Assembly (NCBI GenBank): GCA_040754495.1
Contig: JBFMCO010000053.1
Coordinates: 1 to 40,454, forward strand
Reading direction: 5' to 3'
DNA: 40,454 nucleotides
Origin: Candidatus Micrarchaeota archaeon
Lineage (GTDB): Archaea > Micrarchaeota > Micrarchaeia > Anstonellales > Bilamarchaeaceae
In this document: piece after piece, positions 8,455-18,615 of the stretch
Numbering within the stretch: position 1 is the stretch's first letter
How the letters are laid out: every line of letters begins with the position of its first letter
Translations under genes and position numbers: made by a program
The notes under the pieces: model-generated
The model's input: only the letters and a program-made list of their open reading frames with translations
Databases searched by the model: none
Told to the model about the DNA's origin: nothing

Positions 8455-9038
8455 AGCTCGTCATCTTCGATTTCGACGACACGGTCGTCCGCCTCGGCAT
8501 AGACTGGCATGCCGTGAAGGCCGAGGTCCTGGCCCTTGCCAGAAGGGAGGGCATTGCGGTGGACGATGGCCAGCATCTTGTGCCTCTCGGCAACAGGCTC
8601 TCTGACGACGCGCGCCTCAAGGCGGAGATAGACCGCATATACCTGAAATACGAGCTGGGGTGCGCCGACCGGAGGTCGTACACGGTTTTCCCGGAGGTCC
8701 TTGCGCTTGTCCGGGAGCTGAAAGCCCGCGGAATGCTGCTCGCGATAGCGAGCGGCAACCATACGGATTCCATAAAAACAATACTCGCGCAGCTTCGCCT
8801 CCTCACTCACTTCGATTTCGTGTGCGGGCGGGATTCCGTACCGCGGAACAAGCCATCGCCGGACCAGCTCGAGCTTATATCCAGGAAGCTCGGCGCGGCA
8901 AAGGACGAGGTTCTTTTCGTCGGCGATTCGGTCAACGACGAGGCTGCGGCAGCCGCTGCCGGGGTGAAGTTCTTCCGCTTCGACAAAGGGCCCAGGAAAG
9001 ACGTTCCCGGCCTGAGGGGCAAGCTCGGCCTCCCCTAG
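8451..9038 (+). CDS. HAD-family hydrolase (phosphoglycolate phosphatase-like)
   Basis: IFDFDDTV motif I, ASGN motif II, KPSP motif III, FVGDSVND motif IV. Confidence 0.9.
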   Translation: MKLVIFDFDDTVVRLGIDWHAVKAEVLALARREGIAVDDGQHLVPLGNRLSDDARLKAEIDRIYLKYELGCADRRSYTVFPEVLALVRELKARGMLLAIASGNHTDSIKTILAQLRLLTHFDFVCGRDSVPRNKPSPDQLELISRKLGAAKDEVLFVGDSVNDEAAAAAAGVKFFRFDKGPRKDVPGLRGKLGLP

Positions 9039-9808
9039 ATGAGCTCCAGCGCGATGCCGTGCCCCTCAGCCAGCTTCCGTATCTTCTCCTTCTGCGCCAG
9101 ATTGGCCTGGTCCTTCACTACGAGCACCCTTGACACCTTCTCGACGTTCCTCTCAATTGCCTGGCTGAACATCTCATCATCGAGAAGGTCTATGGCGTAT
9201 TTCGGGGCTATATGCCCGACTGCAAGTTCGCTCTCCAGCACCAGTTTCGTCAGCTCCCGGGGGCAGTGGCCGCCCCCAACGCCGAAGACTGTTTCGAAGG
9301 TTTCGTGTTTTGGAAGGGCCGCAGCAACCGCATCCGCCATGGCGGCGGCCGCGGTATCGTCCCCCCACTCTTCCTCGCTGCTCCCTATCTCGGCGAACAT
9401 TATGGGGACGCCGCACGTCGGCCCGTGGTGGTCGGCCTCGAGCGAGGCGCCCCACCCAATCCGGTCCGCCTGCTTCTTTATCTCCCGGAAAAGCGTCTTG
9501 AGCCTGCTTGCCGGGGCCATGTTAAGCGTCCGCGGCGAGCCGCCCATCCCGGCATCGCCCCAGTTCCCGGGCATGTGCGCGGTCATCACCTTCTCGTGCG
9601 TCCTGCTCTTGTGGGTGCTGAGGACAAGCAGGCAGTCAGTCTGGAAACCGGTCGGCACTTCGAGCACGCTCGGCGCATGCGTGTCTATCAGGCGGACGCC
9701 GCCTGCAATCCACTCGTCCTTTGCCTGCTCTGCAAAGCCGTGCCGCTCTATGAGCTTCCCAGCGATATTCAGGCTCGCGATGTTTTCGGATGTGAAAAGG
9801 ATTATCAT
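9035..9808 (-). CDS. dtdA: Archaeal D-aminoacyl-tRNA deacylase (DTD2/GEK1 family)
   Basis: STHKS, TAHMPGNW, EADHHGP, FAEIGSSEEEW, GVGGGHCP motifs. Confidence 0.9.
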   Translation of the reverse strand: MIILFTSENIASLNIAGKLIERHGFAEQAKDEWIAGGVRLIDTHAPSVLEVPTGFQTDCLLVLSTHKSRTHEKVMTAHMPGNWGDAGMGGSPRTLNMAPASRLKTLFREIKKQADRIGWGASLEADHHGPTCGVPIMFAEIGSSEEEWGDDTAAAAMADAVAAALPKHETFETVFGVGGGHCPRELTKLVLESELAVGHIAPKYAIDLLDDEMFSQAIERNVEKVSRVLVVKDQANLAQKEKIRKLAEGHGIALELI

Positions 9809-10368
9809 GGCACCACCAGGAAGAACGCCGCGCAGGCGATGGGGATGGTCAGGTTGTCGTCTATGCCGGGGATTGTCTCAGCCAGCGCCGCAATCAGCGC
9901 GAGCGGGAGCGCTAGCGGGCCTACGAAGGCATACGCCGCGAGCGAGGAGAGGAACATGGCCAGCGTTCCCTCGAGCGTTTTCCTGGAATTGTACGGCAGC
10001 CTGAGCCTGCCCCGCAGCCCGGCGAGGGTGGATAATCCGTCCCCGATTCCAAGGACGAATATCACGGCCGCTATCTGGCTCGCGTCGCTGAGCGAGGAGA
10101 TGGCCACAAGGGCCCCGGCCGCGTAGCACGCAGAGCCCCACCCGGGCAGGGGGGCATCGAGCCGCTCGAAGCGCTCCTCGAACCACTGGACGAGCGCCAC
10201 CTTCCTTCCAAGGAGCCTGGCGTTCATGAGCAGGGTGCCGGCCAGGATGATGAAGAAAACTGCGGCAAGCATGAATCCCCTGCCGAAAAGCAGGAGCGTG
10301 GATAGCGCCCCGATGCCGACAAGGATATGGAAGAGCTGCCTTGCGTCCTCGCGGGAGGTGTCAGCCAT
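9805..10368 (-). CDS. Polyprenol/dolichol kinase family (SEC59/DGK1/VTE5-like) membrane protein
   Basis: RQLFH, GIGDGLSTLAG, NSRKTLEGT, DDNLTIP; multiple TM segments. Confidence 0.85.
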   Translation of the reverse strand: MADTSREDARQLFHILVGIGALSTLLLFGRGFMLAAVFFIILAGTLLMNARLLGRKVALVQWFEERFERLDAPLPGWGSACYAAGALVAISSLSDASQIAAVIFVLGIGDGLSTLAGLRGRLRLPYNSRKTLEGTLAMFLSSLAAYAFVGPLALPLALIAALAETIPGIDDNLTIPIACAAFFLVVP

Positions 10369-10891
10369 ATTTCCCGCCTCCAGTTTCCGGCCTCAGGCTT
10401 CCGGCAGCCGGTGCAGGTTTCCCGCTTCCGGCCCTCATCTTCCACGCCATGTCCGTGAGATAATACGAAATCAGCGCCACAGGAAGCGCCCCTGCGATAT
10501 CCTCGAACACGTGCACGCCGAGATTCATCCTCGTGAAGGAGACGAAAAGCGCGAACAGGAGGAAAAGCGGGTAGCTCTTCTTGTTCAGGAAGCCGGTCAT
10601 CAGGGTAAATGCGATGGCCGCATGGGTGCTCGGGAACGAGTATCCGGGCGGGCACCAGGCTTCAGCGCTGCACGGCCTCTCGTGCGCGAGCGCGGTCTTC
10701 ACAATCGTCACAAGCAAGGCCGTCAGCGCGAGAGAAGCCATCAGCTTGAGCCTCTTGTCGTTCCTCGACTCTCCGATTAAAACAAGGGCGAGCACTATCG
10801 CCGCATAAGCGATGGAGCCATCAAGCACCATGCCTGCGGCCTTCAGGATGGGGCTGTCAACAGAAAGAGCGATAGACGTGATTGTATCCAT
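10361..10891 (-). CDS. PAP2-family phosphatase (polyprenyl-pyrophosphate phosphatase-like)
   Basis: C1 KxxxxxxRP (KTALAHERP), C2 FPSTH, C3 TRMNLGVHVFED. Confidence 0.88.
   Translation of the reverse strand: MDTITSIALSVDSPILKAAGMVLDGSIAYAAIVLALVLIGESRNDKRLKLMASLALTALLVTIVKTALAHERPCSAEAWCPPGYSFPSTHAAIAFTLMTGFLNKKSYPLFLLFALFVSFTRMNLGVHVFEDIAGALPVALISYYLTDMAWKMRAGSGKPAPAAGSLRPETGGGKYG
10377..10431 (+). repeat. Degenerate heptamer tandem array inside the PAP2 3' end
   Basis: CCTCCAG TTTCCGG CCTCAGG CTTCCGG CAGCCGG TGCAGG TTTCCCG CTTCCGG. Confidence 0.7.
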
Positions 10892-10907
10892 CGCATCCCC
10901 ACTCTCG

Positions 10908-12461
10908 TCAAAAGTTTATAAAGTGGAAGGCAGCGAGGCCGAGGGCGCAGAGCCCCAGGCTGTAGATGGCAAGGGAGGAGCGCTTTCCCTCCGCGTCGGC
11001 TATGGCGGCAGAGGAGATTGCCGCGTATATCACTATGTACGGGGGGACGAGCGAAGCCGCCCCGGCGGCAGCCTGCGACGCCCCGTCCCCCAGAAGCCCG
11101 CCCATGCCCTGCAGGAGGGAAAGTGCCATCTTCATGATGAGCGGGATGAGGAGCGCCCCGAGCAGGAGCGTGTATTTCTGCATGGCAAGAAGCCCTGCGC
11201 GCTCCCTGCGTGCCTGGAAAACCCGTATCATGTCCTCGGCCAGGCTGTTCAGCCTGTCCAGCGAGCCGGTCTCGGCCATCCTCCCCATCATCCGGCAGGC
11301 CCGCTCCAGCATGGGGGAGCGGCACCTCGCCGCAAGGTCATCCAGGGCCGCATCTGCGCGTACGTTCATCTCGAGCTGCCTCCTGGACTTGGCCGCCTCT
11401 TCGGAAAGGGCGCCGAAGCCGCCCTCCTCCATGTGCCTGAAGGCGCGCTCGAGCCTTGCGCTTTTCGGCAGGCCGCTCGCGCAAAACAGGGCGTCCGGAA
11501 GCCTCGCCTCTATGTCCTCCAGCCTGCGCTCGGCAAGGTACAGCGTCAGCGCCATGTACGCGCCGGCTACGGCGCCAGCTGGAAAAAGGAGCAGCTGGAA
11601 CCTCGGGAACAGGAAGCCGGCCATGACGGCTCCGGCAGGGGCAAGGAGCCTCAGGTCCAGCGTGTCCCCGCCCATGCGGCTGCGCGGCATCATGGCCTTC
11701 GAAACCATCAGGAGGAGGACGCCGCCGGCCGGGAACAGGACGAGCATGGCTAAGCTCATCTCCCCCTGCCCTATGCCGCTCCCCCCGGCTATCGCGTATA
11801 CCATGAAGAAGGTGGGGAGGACGGCGCTCGATATTATGAAGAGCAGCCCTATCATCGCGCTTTTTGCCGAGAACTCCTTCAGCCGGTGCTGCTCCAGCGA
11901 GAGCAGCTCGTCCCCTATCCTGCGCATCTCCGCGCCCCCGGAGCCGGTGTCGTACGCGCTTATTACCTGCGAGACCGCCCTCTTCACCGCAAGGGACGGA
12001 AACGACGCGGCAAGATTCGCGAGGGCCTTCTGGAGCGGCACCCCCTCGTCGCACTCCCTGAGAGCCGCGCAAATCTCCCTCCCGAGCGGGCCGTCGCCTT
12101 CTGCCGCGAGGCCTATTGCCCTCTGGAACGGGACGCCCATGTCCAGCATCATCCCGAGCGCGCGCAGGAAATACGGCATGGAGGACTCCATCTCCGCGGC
12201 CTTTTTCGCAAGCTCCATTTTCGGGAGATAGAGCAGGAACGAAGCCGAAACCACCAATACCGCTCCCCCGGCAACCAGGGCCGGCTGCTTCAGGATGAGC
12301 GCCAGAACCGCCGCAAGCAGGGCAAGTGCAGCCGAGAGGATGAGCGTCATTCCCATGTACTTTGCGGGCTCTGCCCCGAGCACGATGAGTGCCCTGTCGG
12401 AAGAGGAACGCATAGGCAACGCCGGGAAGAAGGCCGAAAGCCTGACGAGTCCCTCCATCAC
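10908..12461 (-). CDS. Type II secretion/type IV pilus membrane platform protein (TadB/TadC-like, two T2SSF-like repeats)
   Basis: Two repeats with MESSMPYFLR..GVPFQRAI and IEARLPDALF; multiple TMs; directly downstream of the secretion ATPase. Confidence 0.85.
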   Translation of the reverse strand: MMEGLVRLSAFFPALPMRSSSDRALIVLGAEPAKYMGMTLILSAALALLAAVLALILKQPALVAGGAVLVVSASFLLYLPKMELAKKAAEMESSMPYFLRALGMMLDMGVPFQRAIGLAAEGDGPLGREICAALRECDEGVPLQKALANLAASFPSLAVKRAVSQVISAYDTGSGGAEMRRIGDELLSLEQHRLKEFSAKSAMIGLLFIISSAVLPTFFMVYAIAGGSGIGQGEMSLAMLVLFPAGGVLLLMVSKAMMPRSRMGGDTLDLRLLAPAGAVMAGFLFPRFQLLLFPAGAVAGAYMALTLYLAERRLEDIEARLPDALFCASGLPKSARLERAFRHMEEGGFGALSEEAAKSRRQLEMNVRADAALDDLAARCRSPMLERACRMMGRMAETGSLDRLNSLAEDMIRVFQARRERAGLLAMQKYTLLLGALLIPLIMKMALSLLQGMGGLLGDGASQAAAGAASLVPPYIVIYAAISSAAIADAEGKRSSLAIYSLGLCALGLAAFHFINF

Positions 12462-13795
12462 CGCTCCCCGCCCCTCTCACCATCATAGCCGTAAAGCTCC
12501 TTCTGCGCTTTCGCGAAGAATTGGGCATACTCCGGCCCGGAAGACGCTATGAGCCTTTTCCTGCGGGCGAGCTCGGCATCCATCTCCTTCCTGCTCAGGC
12601 CGAAGCTCTCGGCCGCACGCTCAATCAGGCTCCCGGCCCGGAACGCGCTCCCGTCGCGGTACAGCGTGCGCCCCCCGGCCTCGGCAATTTCCACCACCCG
12701 CCGCATCTCGCTCGCCTTCCTCTTTTTCGCGTCATAAGCCAGCATCCTTCTCTGCACAACGATGCAGTCGATGCTCCCCAGGTCGTCATCCCTCGCTCCG
12801 AGCGAGCGCAGGCGCGAGAGCGCCTCCTGCGCGCTCTGCGCATGGAACGTGGCGTAGCTGCCCCTCGCCTGGCCGGCAAGCAGGACGTCGAAGAGCGCCT
12901 CGACCTCCTCCCTGTTGCGCACCTCGCCTACGACCATCCTGTCCGGGCGCATCCTCAGCGAGTCGTACACGAGGTCCTTGAGCGTTATCCCCATGTCCCT
13001 GCTTGCCACAAGCCTGAGCTGGTGGCTGTGGGGGAGGCTTATCTCGGGCGTCTCCTCGGCAATGACAATCCTCTCGTTCCACGGTACGAACGAGAAAAGC
13101 GCGTTCATGGTGGTGGTCTTTCCGCTTGCGGTGTTCCCTGCAAGGAGAAGCGAGAAATCGCACTGCATCGCAACGGAAAGGAATGCGCACGCGTCTGCCG
13201 GCAGAGTCCCGTTGTCGACAAGCTCCCTGGGAGAGAACGGCTTCTCCCTGAACCTCCTTATGGTGATTTCGCCGCGCGAGACCGGCGGCAGGGAGGCGTG
13301 GAGCCGCGAGCCGTCCGGGAGCATGGCGTCCAGCCTCGGGTTCTGCATCGTTATGTGCCGCCCCAGCGAGCGGGACATACGGTTCACCATCTCGGCTATC
13401 GTCCGCTCGTCCTCGAAGCACGCGTTCACGCTCCTCCAGCCCTGCTTCCTGATATAGACATAGACCGGCCTGTGCGGCCCGATGACGCTTATCTCCTCCA
13501 CGGCCGGGTCGTCAAGCAGCCTCTCTATGAACGCGAACCCGTAGATGTGCATGAAAGCTATCTGGCCGAGATAGCCTTGTTGCGCCCGGTCGAGATAGAG
13601 CCCCGAGTCGGCTGCGGTCTTCCCCAGAAGCTCCTCGACGAGCCTGCGGCTCTCCTCCTTCCCCTGCGCGATGCGCGAGCGCGTGGCCTCCCTGAACCTC
13701 TCCTGCGCGTCGGAAATCAGCTGCTGCTCCTCTTCGGTGAGCGCGGGCAAATCCACCCTGTACTCGCCCTGGCCGAGTATGCGCCAGCCAAGCAT
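12458..13795 (-). CDS. Type II/IV secretion system ATPase (CpaF/TadA/VirB11 family)
   Basis: Walker A GNTASGKTT, Asp box AEETPE, LRMRPDRMVVGEVR, ATFHA His box. Confidence 0.93.
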   Translation of the reverse strand: MLGWRILGQGEYRVDLPALTEEEQQLISDAQERFREATRSRIAQGKEESRRLVEELLGKTAADSGLYLDRAQQGYLGQIAFMHIYGFAFIERLLDDPAVEEISVIGPHRPVYVYIRKQGWRSVNACFEDERTIAEMVNRMSRSLGRHITMQNPRLDAMLPDGSRLHASLPPVSRGEITIRRFREKPFSPRELVDNGTLPADACAFLSVAMQCDFSLLLAGNTASGKTTTMNALFSFVPWNERIVIAEETPEISLPHSHQLRLVASRDMGITLKDLVYDSLRMRPDRMVVGEVRNREEVEALFDVLLAGQARGSYATFHAQSAQEALSRLRSLGARDDDLGSIDCIVVQRRMLAYDAKKRKASEMRRVVEIAEAGGRTLYRDGSAFRAGSLIERAAESFGLSRKEMDAELARRKRLIASSGPEYAQFFAKAQKELYGYDGERGGER

Positions 13796-13873
13796 TCAAT
13801 CCCCCGCGCATTAGCGTTTCCGGTTTATTATTAATGTTGGCAGGAGAAATCGGTGCATTCGCACATGGCCGTG

Positions 13874-13908
13874 TTTCCGGCACCCGGTGTCCGGTATCCA
13901 GTAAGCGG
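13874..13908 (+). repeat. Degenerate heptamer tandem array (intergenic)
   Basis: TTTCCGG CACCCGG TGTCCGG TATCCAG TAAGCGG. Confidence 0.7.
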
Positions 13909-14030
13909 CGCACTGCTCATGTTAACTTTTATTTAACAGTCGTAAAATAATATTTAACATCCTTGGGAGAGGCCGGCGCAGCATTGGAAAGTGCCAAAAG
14001 CTTTTGCGAGCTTATCAGGAGTCGGATAAA

Positions 14031-14933
14031 ATGAAAATCGCGGTCACGGGAGGGGCAGGCTTCATCGGCTCCCACCTTGCCGACAGCCTTGTTGCAGAGG
14101 GGCACGAGGCGCTCGTGATTGACGACCTTTCCTCCGGCTCGAAGGACAACCTGAACCCCCGCGCCGCGTTCGTCAGGAAAGACATCCGGACGGACGTCTC
14201 GCGCCACCTGAAAGGATGCGACGCGGTCTTCCACCTCGCAGCCGACCCTGACGTGCGCTCGAGCGCGGAAAACCCAAGGAAAAGCCTTGACCAGAACGTG
14301 CTGGCGACCTTCTCGCTCCTCGAATCATGCAGGAAGGCGGGCGTAAAGCGCTTCGTATTCGCATCCACCTCCACGGTCTATGGAGAAGCCGCAGTAATAC
14401 CGACTCCTGAAACCCACCCATGCATGCCTATCAGCAACTACGGCGCGAGCAAGCTCTCCTGCGAGGCCTACGTGTCCTCGTATTCGCATTGCTACGGCAT
14501 CAAGGGCACCTCCCTGCGCCTCGCAAACATCTTCGGGGAAAGAAGCAGGCACGGCGTCATGTTCGATTTCTACAACAAGCTGAGGAGGGACCCTTCGCGG
14601 CTTGAGGTCCTTGGCGACGGGAAGCAGGACAAGTCGTACCTCCACGTATCGGATTGCGTTTCTGCCTTCCTTGCCGCGTGGAAGGGCCAGAAGAGGGAGT
14701 ACGACGTATACAACGTCGGGAGCAGCGGCAGGCTCAAGGTGGACGACCTCGCCCGCCTCATGTGCAAAACCCTCGGGCTGAACCCTAAGCTCGAAACCAC
14801 CGGCACATCCCGCGGCTGGGCCGGGGACGTGCGCCTGATGCAGCTCGATACGAAAAAGCTGGAAGCGCTCGGATGGAAGGAGGAGGTGCCCTTTGGCGAG
14901 GGGCTGAGGCGCTATCTGGAGTGGCTCGGATGA
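14031..14933 (+). CDS. NAD-dependent epimerase, UDP-glucose 4-epimerase-like
   Basis: TGGAGFIGS, ASTSTVYG, YGASK; start placed at ATG 14031. Confidence 0.9.
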   Translation: MKIAVTGGAGFIGSHLADSLVAEGHEALVIDDLSSGSKDNLNPRAAFVRKDIRTDVSRHLKGCDAVFHLAADPDVRSSAENPRKSLDQNVLATFSLLESCRKAGVKRFVFASTSTVYGEAAVIPTPETHPCMPISNYGASKLSCEAYVSSYSHCYGIKGTSLRLANIFGERSRHGVMFDFYNKLRRDPSRLEVLGDGKQDKSYLHVSDCVSAFLAAWKGQKREYDVYNVGSSGRLKVDDLARLMCKTLGLNPKLETTGTSRGWAGDVRLMQLDTKKLEALGWKEEVPFGEGLRRYLEWLG

Positions 14934-15955
14934 AAGTCGCCGGCCTGATGGCAGGAGCGCCTCCCAACAGCGTGCACAAGGCATTCTTCGAATCGGCCTG
15001 CAGCAGCATCACCCCCCTCGGCCTCCCTGCGCCCGGCAGCCGGCTTTACCAGGCGAAGAGGATGGTGCACCTCCTTGCAAATTTCCGCAGGAAGGAGCTT
15101 GATAGCGCGGACGTCGCGCTAAGCGAGTCAATCTACGAGTACCCGGCGCTCCACAAGCGGCTGTTCCGGAAAAATCTCAAAATAATCGAGCTGTTCGCCT
15201 CCCCCAAGATTTTCAAGGTGCTGAACGGCGAGGCCGACCCGCTTTCGTCCGCGCTCATGAAAAGCCTCATCAGGGAAGTGGATGCCTTCCTGCCCGTTTC
15301 GCAGATGTGCGCGGATTTCCTTCGCGAAAAAGGCATTGACAAGCCTGCCGAGGTCGTCCATCCGTTCGTATCTGATGCGAAATACGCCTCCCTCTCCAAA
15401 GCCGCCTACGACAGCGGCTCGAAGACCATAATCTGCGTCGGCAACCCGCCTGAATACAAGGGCATGGACTTCCTGCTGAAGGCCTTCGACGCCCTCTGCT
15501 CGCGCGGCCATGACCTGCGGCTCAGGCTCGTGACGAAGGGAGTCGCAAGGAAGCATCTGGAAGGAATCAAAAACCTGGACAAGGTCGCTATCAGCCCGAT
15601 AGCGGGCGATTCTGCATTCTGCGATGCCCTGTCCTCCTCCCTGCTCTCGGTCCATTTCGGGAGGTACGACACCTTCCCCGTCTCCACGCTTGAAGCCATG
15701 CTTGGCGGGGTGCCGACTTTCGTATCGGCCTGGACCGGTACGAAAGAGCTTGCGGAGAAGGCGGATGGGAGGTTCGTGCTGCCTTTCGACGTGGAGAAGA
15801 GCGCTGACGAAATCGAGCGCTTCCTCTCCCTTTCCGAGGGAACGAAGCTGGCCTACTCCAAGAAGTTCAGGGAACTCGCCCTGCCTTTCAGCCGGAAGGA
15901 GCAGGTCGCGCTTTTCAAAGAGAAATTCGACAGCCTGGTTTCCCGGCTATCGTGA
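14930..15955 (+). CDS. Glycosyltransferase family 4 (GT-B)
   Basis: VGNPPEYKGMDFLL, YDTFPVSTLEAMLGGVP; ATG 14930 in an ATGA overlap. Confidence 0.85.
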   Translation: MKVAGLMAGAPPNSVHKAFFESACSSITPLGLPAPGSRLYQAKRMVHLLANFRRKELDSADVALSESIYEYPALHKRLFRKNLKIIELFASPKIFKVLNGEADPLSSALMKSLIREVDAFLPVSQMCADFLREKGIDKPAEVVHPFVSDAKYASLSKAAYDSGSKTIICVGNPPEYKGMDFLLKAFDALCSRGHDLRLRLVTKGVARKHLEGIKNLDKVAISPIAGDSAFCDALSSSLLSVHFGRYDTFPVSTLEAMLGGVPTFVSAWTGTKELAEKADGRFVLPFDVEKSADEIERFLSLSEGTKLAYSKKFRELALPFSRKEQVALFKEKFDSLVSRLS

Positions 15956-17200
15956 CCGTATGCCGTAGCCCCACGTATCCGGTTTCCTCGCCCAGTTTAT
16001 GGCGAAGCTCAGCAGGCCGAAGGACAGGAAGGCCGGGAACACAAAACAGAATACGGCCAGCCTCAGCGCGTGCAGCAGCGGGTTTCCGCTCTTTGCGAGA
16101 AGGAACTCCCCCCGGGATGCCGACACCCACGTCTCCTTCGCGAGCAGCATGGAGAGTATCACCGCATAGTTGTTGATGGGATAAAGCAGGACCTTTTTCC
16201 CCAGGGCTTTCCCCGCCAAATCCAGCATGTGCGCCGGGCCCTTTCCGTATCCGTAGCGGAAGACGTTGCCGGTTTTCACGGACTGCAGCGGCGTGACGAC
16301 AAGCTCATAAACCTCGCTGCCTGGCGCGGCATCGCCGCCCCCTTTGGGCGGAATGGCGCCCTTTCCGAATTTGTGCGCAATCAGGGCCTTCATCAGGTGG
16401 AAGCCCGCCTTCCTCGCCCTTTCCGAGCCGAATACCAGATACGCAGGCAGGAGCACCGAGGAGCCGTAGATGTAGTCCACGAAATGGCCGGGCATTATCA
16501 GCAGCATGTCGTTTATCCGGTAAAGGATGCTGCGCTCGAAATCCGCGAAAATCGAATGCCTGCCCGGGTGCGACACGCTGCATCCCGTGCTGACCGGCCC
16601 GGCAAGCTTCAGCACCCTCGAAGCGAGCTCGGTGTCGTCCGCCCCGATGTACATGGGCGCGAAATGCAGGCCGGCTTCCTTCAGCAGCGAGATGTCGAGC
16701 AGGCTGTAGAAGTGGATTCCGCTTCCGGTGAAGGCCCTCTCGCCGTCCACCACGAAGTGCGGGCTGGAATATGCGAGCATCGCGCCTTTCTTCCGCTCCT
16801 CCACGAGCCGCCCTATCGTGTCCGCATCGAGCGGCAGCAGGTCGTCGTCCGTCAGGAAAACATACTTGTATCCGTTCTCAAGCGCGTATTTCTCCCCCGC
16901 GAAAAACCCGCCGGCCGAGCCGGTGTCCTCGTTCCTTTTGGCCAGGACCACCACGAACCCGGGCCTCATGGAATCCAGGAAGCCGGACACCTTCTTCTCG
17001 TCCGACTCGGAGCTGAGCATGATGAGGAGGTCGAAATCCCTGAAAGTCTGTTTCTGCAGAAGCTCCAGGTGCCTGAAAAGGTAGTCGTATGCCTTGTAAG
17101 AGGGCATTATGATGAGGCCGTCGTGCCGGCCTTCCCCGTAGCGCTTGAGCACCCTGGCAAGCTCGTCGAACCTGACTGAAGCCGCCCTCATCCTGTCCAT
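15947..17200 (-). CDS. Glycosyltransferase family 2 with C-terminal hydrophobic segment (paralog A)
   Basis: EDTGSAGGF, FLTDDD, YIGADDTE; ATG 17200 preceded by GGTGTGG. Confidence 0.85.
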   Translation of the reverse strand: MDRMRAASVRFDELARVLKRYGEGRHDGLIIMPSYKAYDYLFRHLELLQKQTFRDFDLLIMLSSESDEKKVSGFLDSMRPGFVVVLAKRNEDTGSAGGFFAGEKYALENGYKYVFLTDDDLLPLDADTIGRLVEERKKGAMLAYSSPHFVVDGERAFTGSGIHFYSLLDISLLKEAGLHFAPMYIGADDTELASRVLKLAGPVSTGCSVSHPGRHSIFADFERSILYRINDMLLIMPGHFVDYIYGSSVLLPAYLVFGSERARKAGFHLMKALIAHKFGKGAIPPKGGGDAAPGSEVYELVVTPLQSVKTGNVFRYGYGKGPAHMLDLAGKALGKKVLLYPINNYAVILSMLLAKETWVSASRGEFLLAKSGNPLLHALRLAVFCFVFPAFLSFGLLSFAINWARKPDTWGYGIRSR

Positions 17201-17250
17201 TGAACCACACCTGCCCCACAACATGTCCGTGGGATTGCGTCCGGGGGCAT

Positions 17251-18564
17251 CTAGCGCCTCGTTCTCAGGAACTCCTCGAACCTGGCTATCATGTAATCCA
17301 TCATTTCGTCCGTTATGCCCGGGTAGACGCCCACCCAGAACATGTCGTTCATCACACGGTCGCTGTTCTCGAGTTTTCCCGAAACCCTGAACCCGACCCC
17401 GTCATAAGCCGGCTGCCTTATCATGTTTCCGCCAAAGAGCATCCTGGTCGCAATCCTGGCATTCTCAAGGAACTGCACGATCCCGTTCCGCGTGAAAGGC
17501 GCGCCCTCCCTGACGGTTATCGGGAACCCGAACCAGCTCGGCTCGGATTTCTCATGCCATTTCGGAAGCACCAGCACGTCCTCGTACTGCCTGAGCGCAC
17601 CGTAGAGCTTCATGAAATTCCTTCTCCGGGCATCTACGAACGACGGAAGCTTGTCCATCTGGGCGGCCCCTATGGCGGCCTGCAGGTCCGTGGCTTTCAG
17701 GTTGTACCCGATATGCGAATAGATGTACTTGTGGTCGTATCCGGGCGGCAGCGAGCCGAGCTGCCAGCCGAAGCGCTTCCCGCAGGTGTTGCTCACCCCC
17801 GGGGGGCACCAGCAGTCCCGTCCCCAGTCCCTGAAGGACTCGGCCAGGGTTTTCAGCTCGTCGTTGCCGGTCAGCACCGCGCCGCCCTCACCGGTCGTGA
17901 TGTGGTGCGCCGGGTACAGGCTCAGCGTCGCGATGTCGCCGAAAGTGCCGACATGCTTCCCGCCGAACCTGGAGCCGAGGGCGTCGCAGCAGTCCTCCAC
18001 CAGCCAGAGTCCGTGTTTCTTCGCTATCGCGGCGATGCGGTCGAGCTCGAAGGGATTGCCGAGCGTGTGCGCGACCATTATGGCCCGCGTCCGCTCGCCT
18101 ATGGCCTCCTCTATGGCCGTTGCGCTCGGGTTGTACGTGGCCAGCTCGACATCCACGAACACCGGGACGGCGCCGTTCTGCAATATGGGATTTACTGTAG
18201 TGGGAAAACCGCTTGCGGAGGTGATGACCTCGTCCCCCCTGCGCAGCCGCCTCTCTCCCAGCCTGGGGGAGGTGAGGGCGCTGAGCGCAACAAGGTTCGC
18301 AGAGGAGCCTGAATTCACCATCATCGCGTGCCTGAGGCCGAAGAACCTGGCCAGCTTGTGCTCGAAGATTTTGGTATAGGGGCCGGCAGTCAGCCAGAAA
18401 TCGAGCGAAGAGCGGACAAGCAGCTTCAGCTCCCGCTCATCGAAGACCCTCCCTGCGTACTGGATGTAGGTCTTGCCCGGCTCGAACTTCTTTCGCCCGT
18501 GCTTCATCCGGCAGAACTCGGCCACCAGGCCATCTATCTCCTTGAGAATCTCGTCCTCTCCCAT
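17251..18564 (-). CDS. rfbH: CDP-4-keto-6-deoxyglucose 3-dehydrase (E1; RfbH/DdhC/AscC)
   Basis: DegT fold with His at the catalytic Lys position ([14 protein letters not shown]), Cys cluster [35 protein letters not shown]. Confidence 0.93.
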   Translation of the reverse strand: MGEDEILKEIDGLVAEFCRMKHGRKKFEPGKTYIQYAGRVFDERELKLLVRSSLDFWLTAGPYTKIFEHKLARFFGLRHAMMVNSGSSANLVALSALTSPRLGERRLRRGDEVITSASGFPTTVNPILQNGAVPVFVDVELATYNPSATAIEEAIGERTRAIMVAHTLGNPFELDRIAAIAKKHGLWLVEDCCDALGSRFGGKHVGTFGDIATLSLYPAHHITTGEGGAVLTGNDELKTLAESFRDWGRDCWCPPGVSNTCGKRFGWQLGSLPPGYDHKYIYSHIGYNLKATDLQAAIGAAQMDKLPSFVDARRRNFMKLYGALRQYEDVLVLPKWHEKSEPSWFGFPITVREGAPFTRNGIVQFLENARIATRMLFGGNMIRQPAYDGVGFRVSGKLENSDRVMNDMFWVGVYPGITDEMMDYMIARFEEFLRTRR

Positions 18565-18586
18565 CACGGAAGAATCCCAGCGCCGC

Positions 18587-18594
18587 TTTAAATA
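18587..18594. promoter_or_regulatory. TATA box shared by divergent rfbH and rfbF
   Basis: TTTAAATA centred in a 51 bp gap, about 22-30 nt from both starts. Confidence 0.6.
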
Positions 18595-18615
18595 ATTTCG
18601 CAGAGAGAATCATCC

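Noticed and set aside
14011-14021. CTTATCAGGAG resembling the 5' end of a SAM-I riboswitch
   Set aside because: The start codon follows within 10 nt, leaving no room for the aptamer, and the downstream gene is unrelated to SAM.
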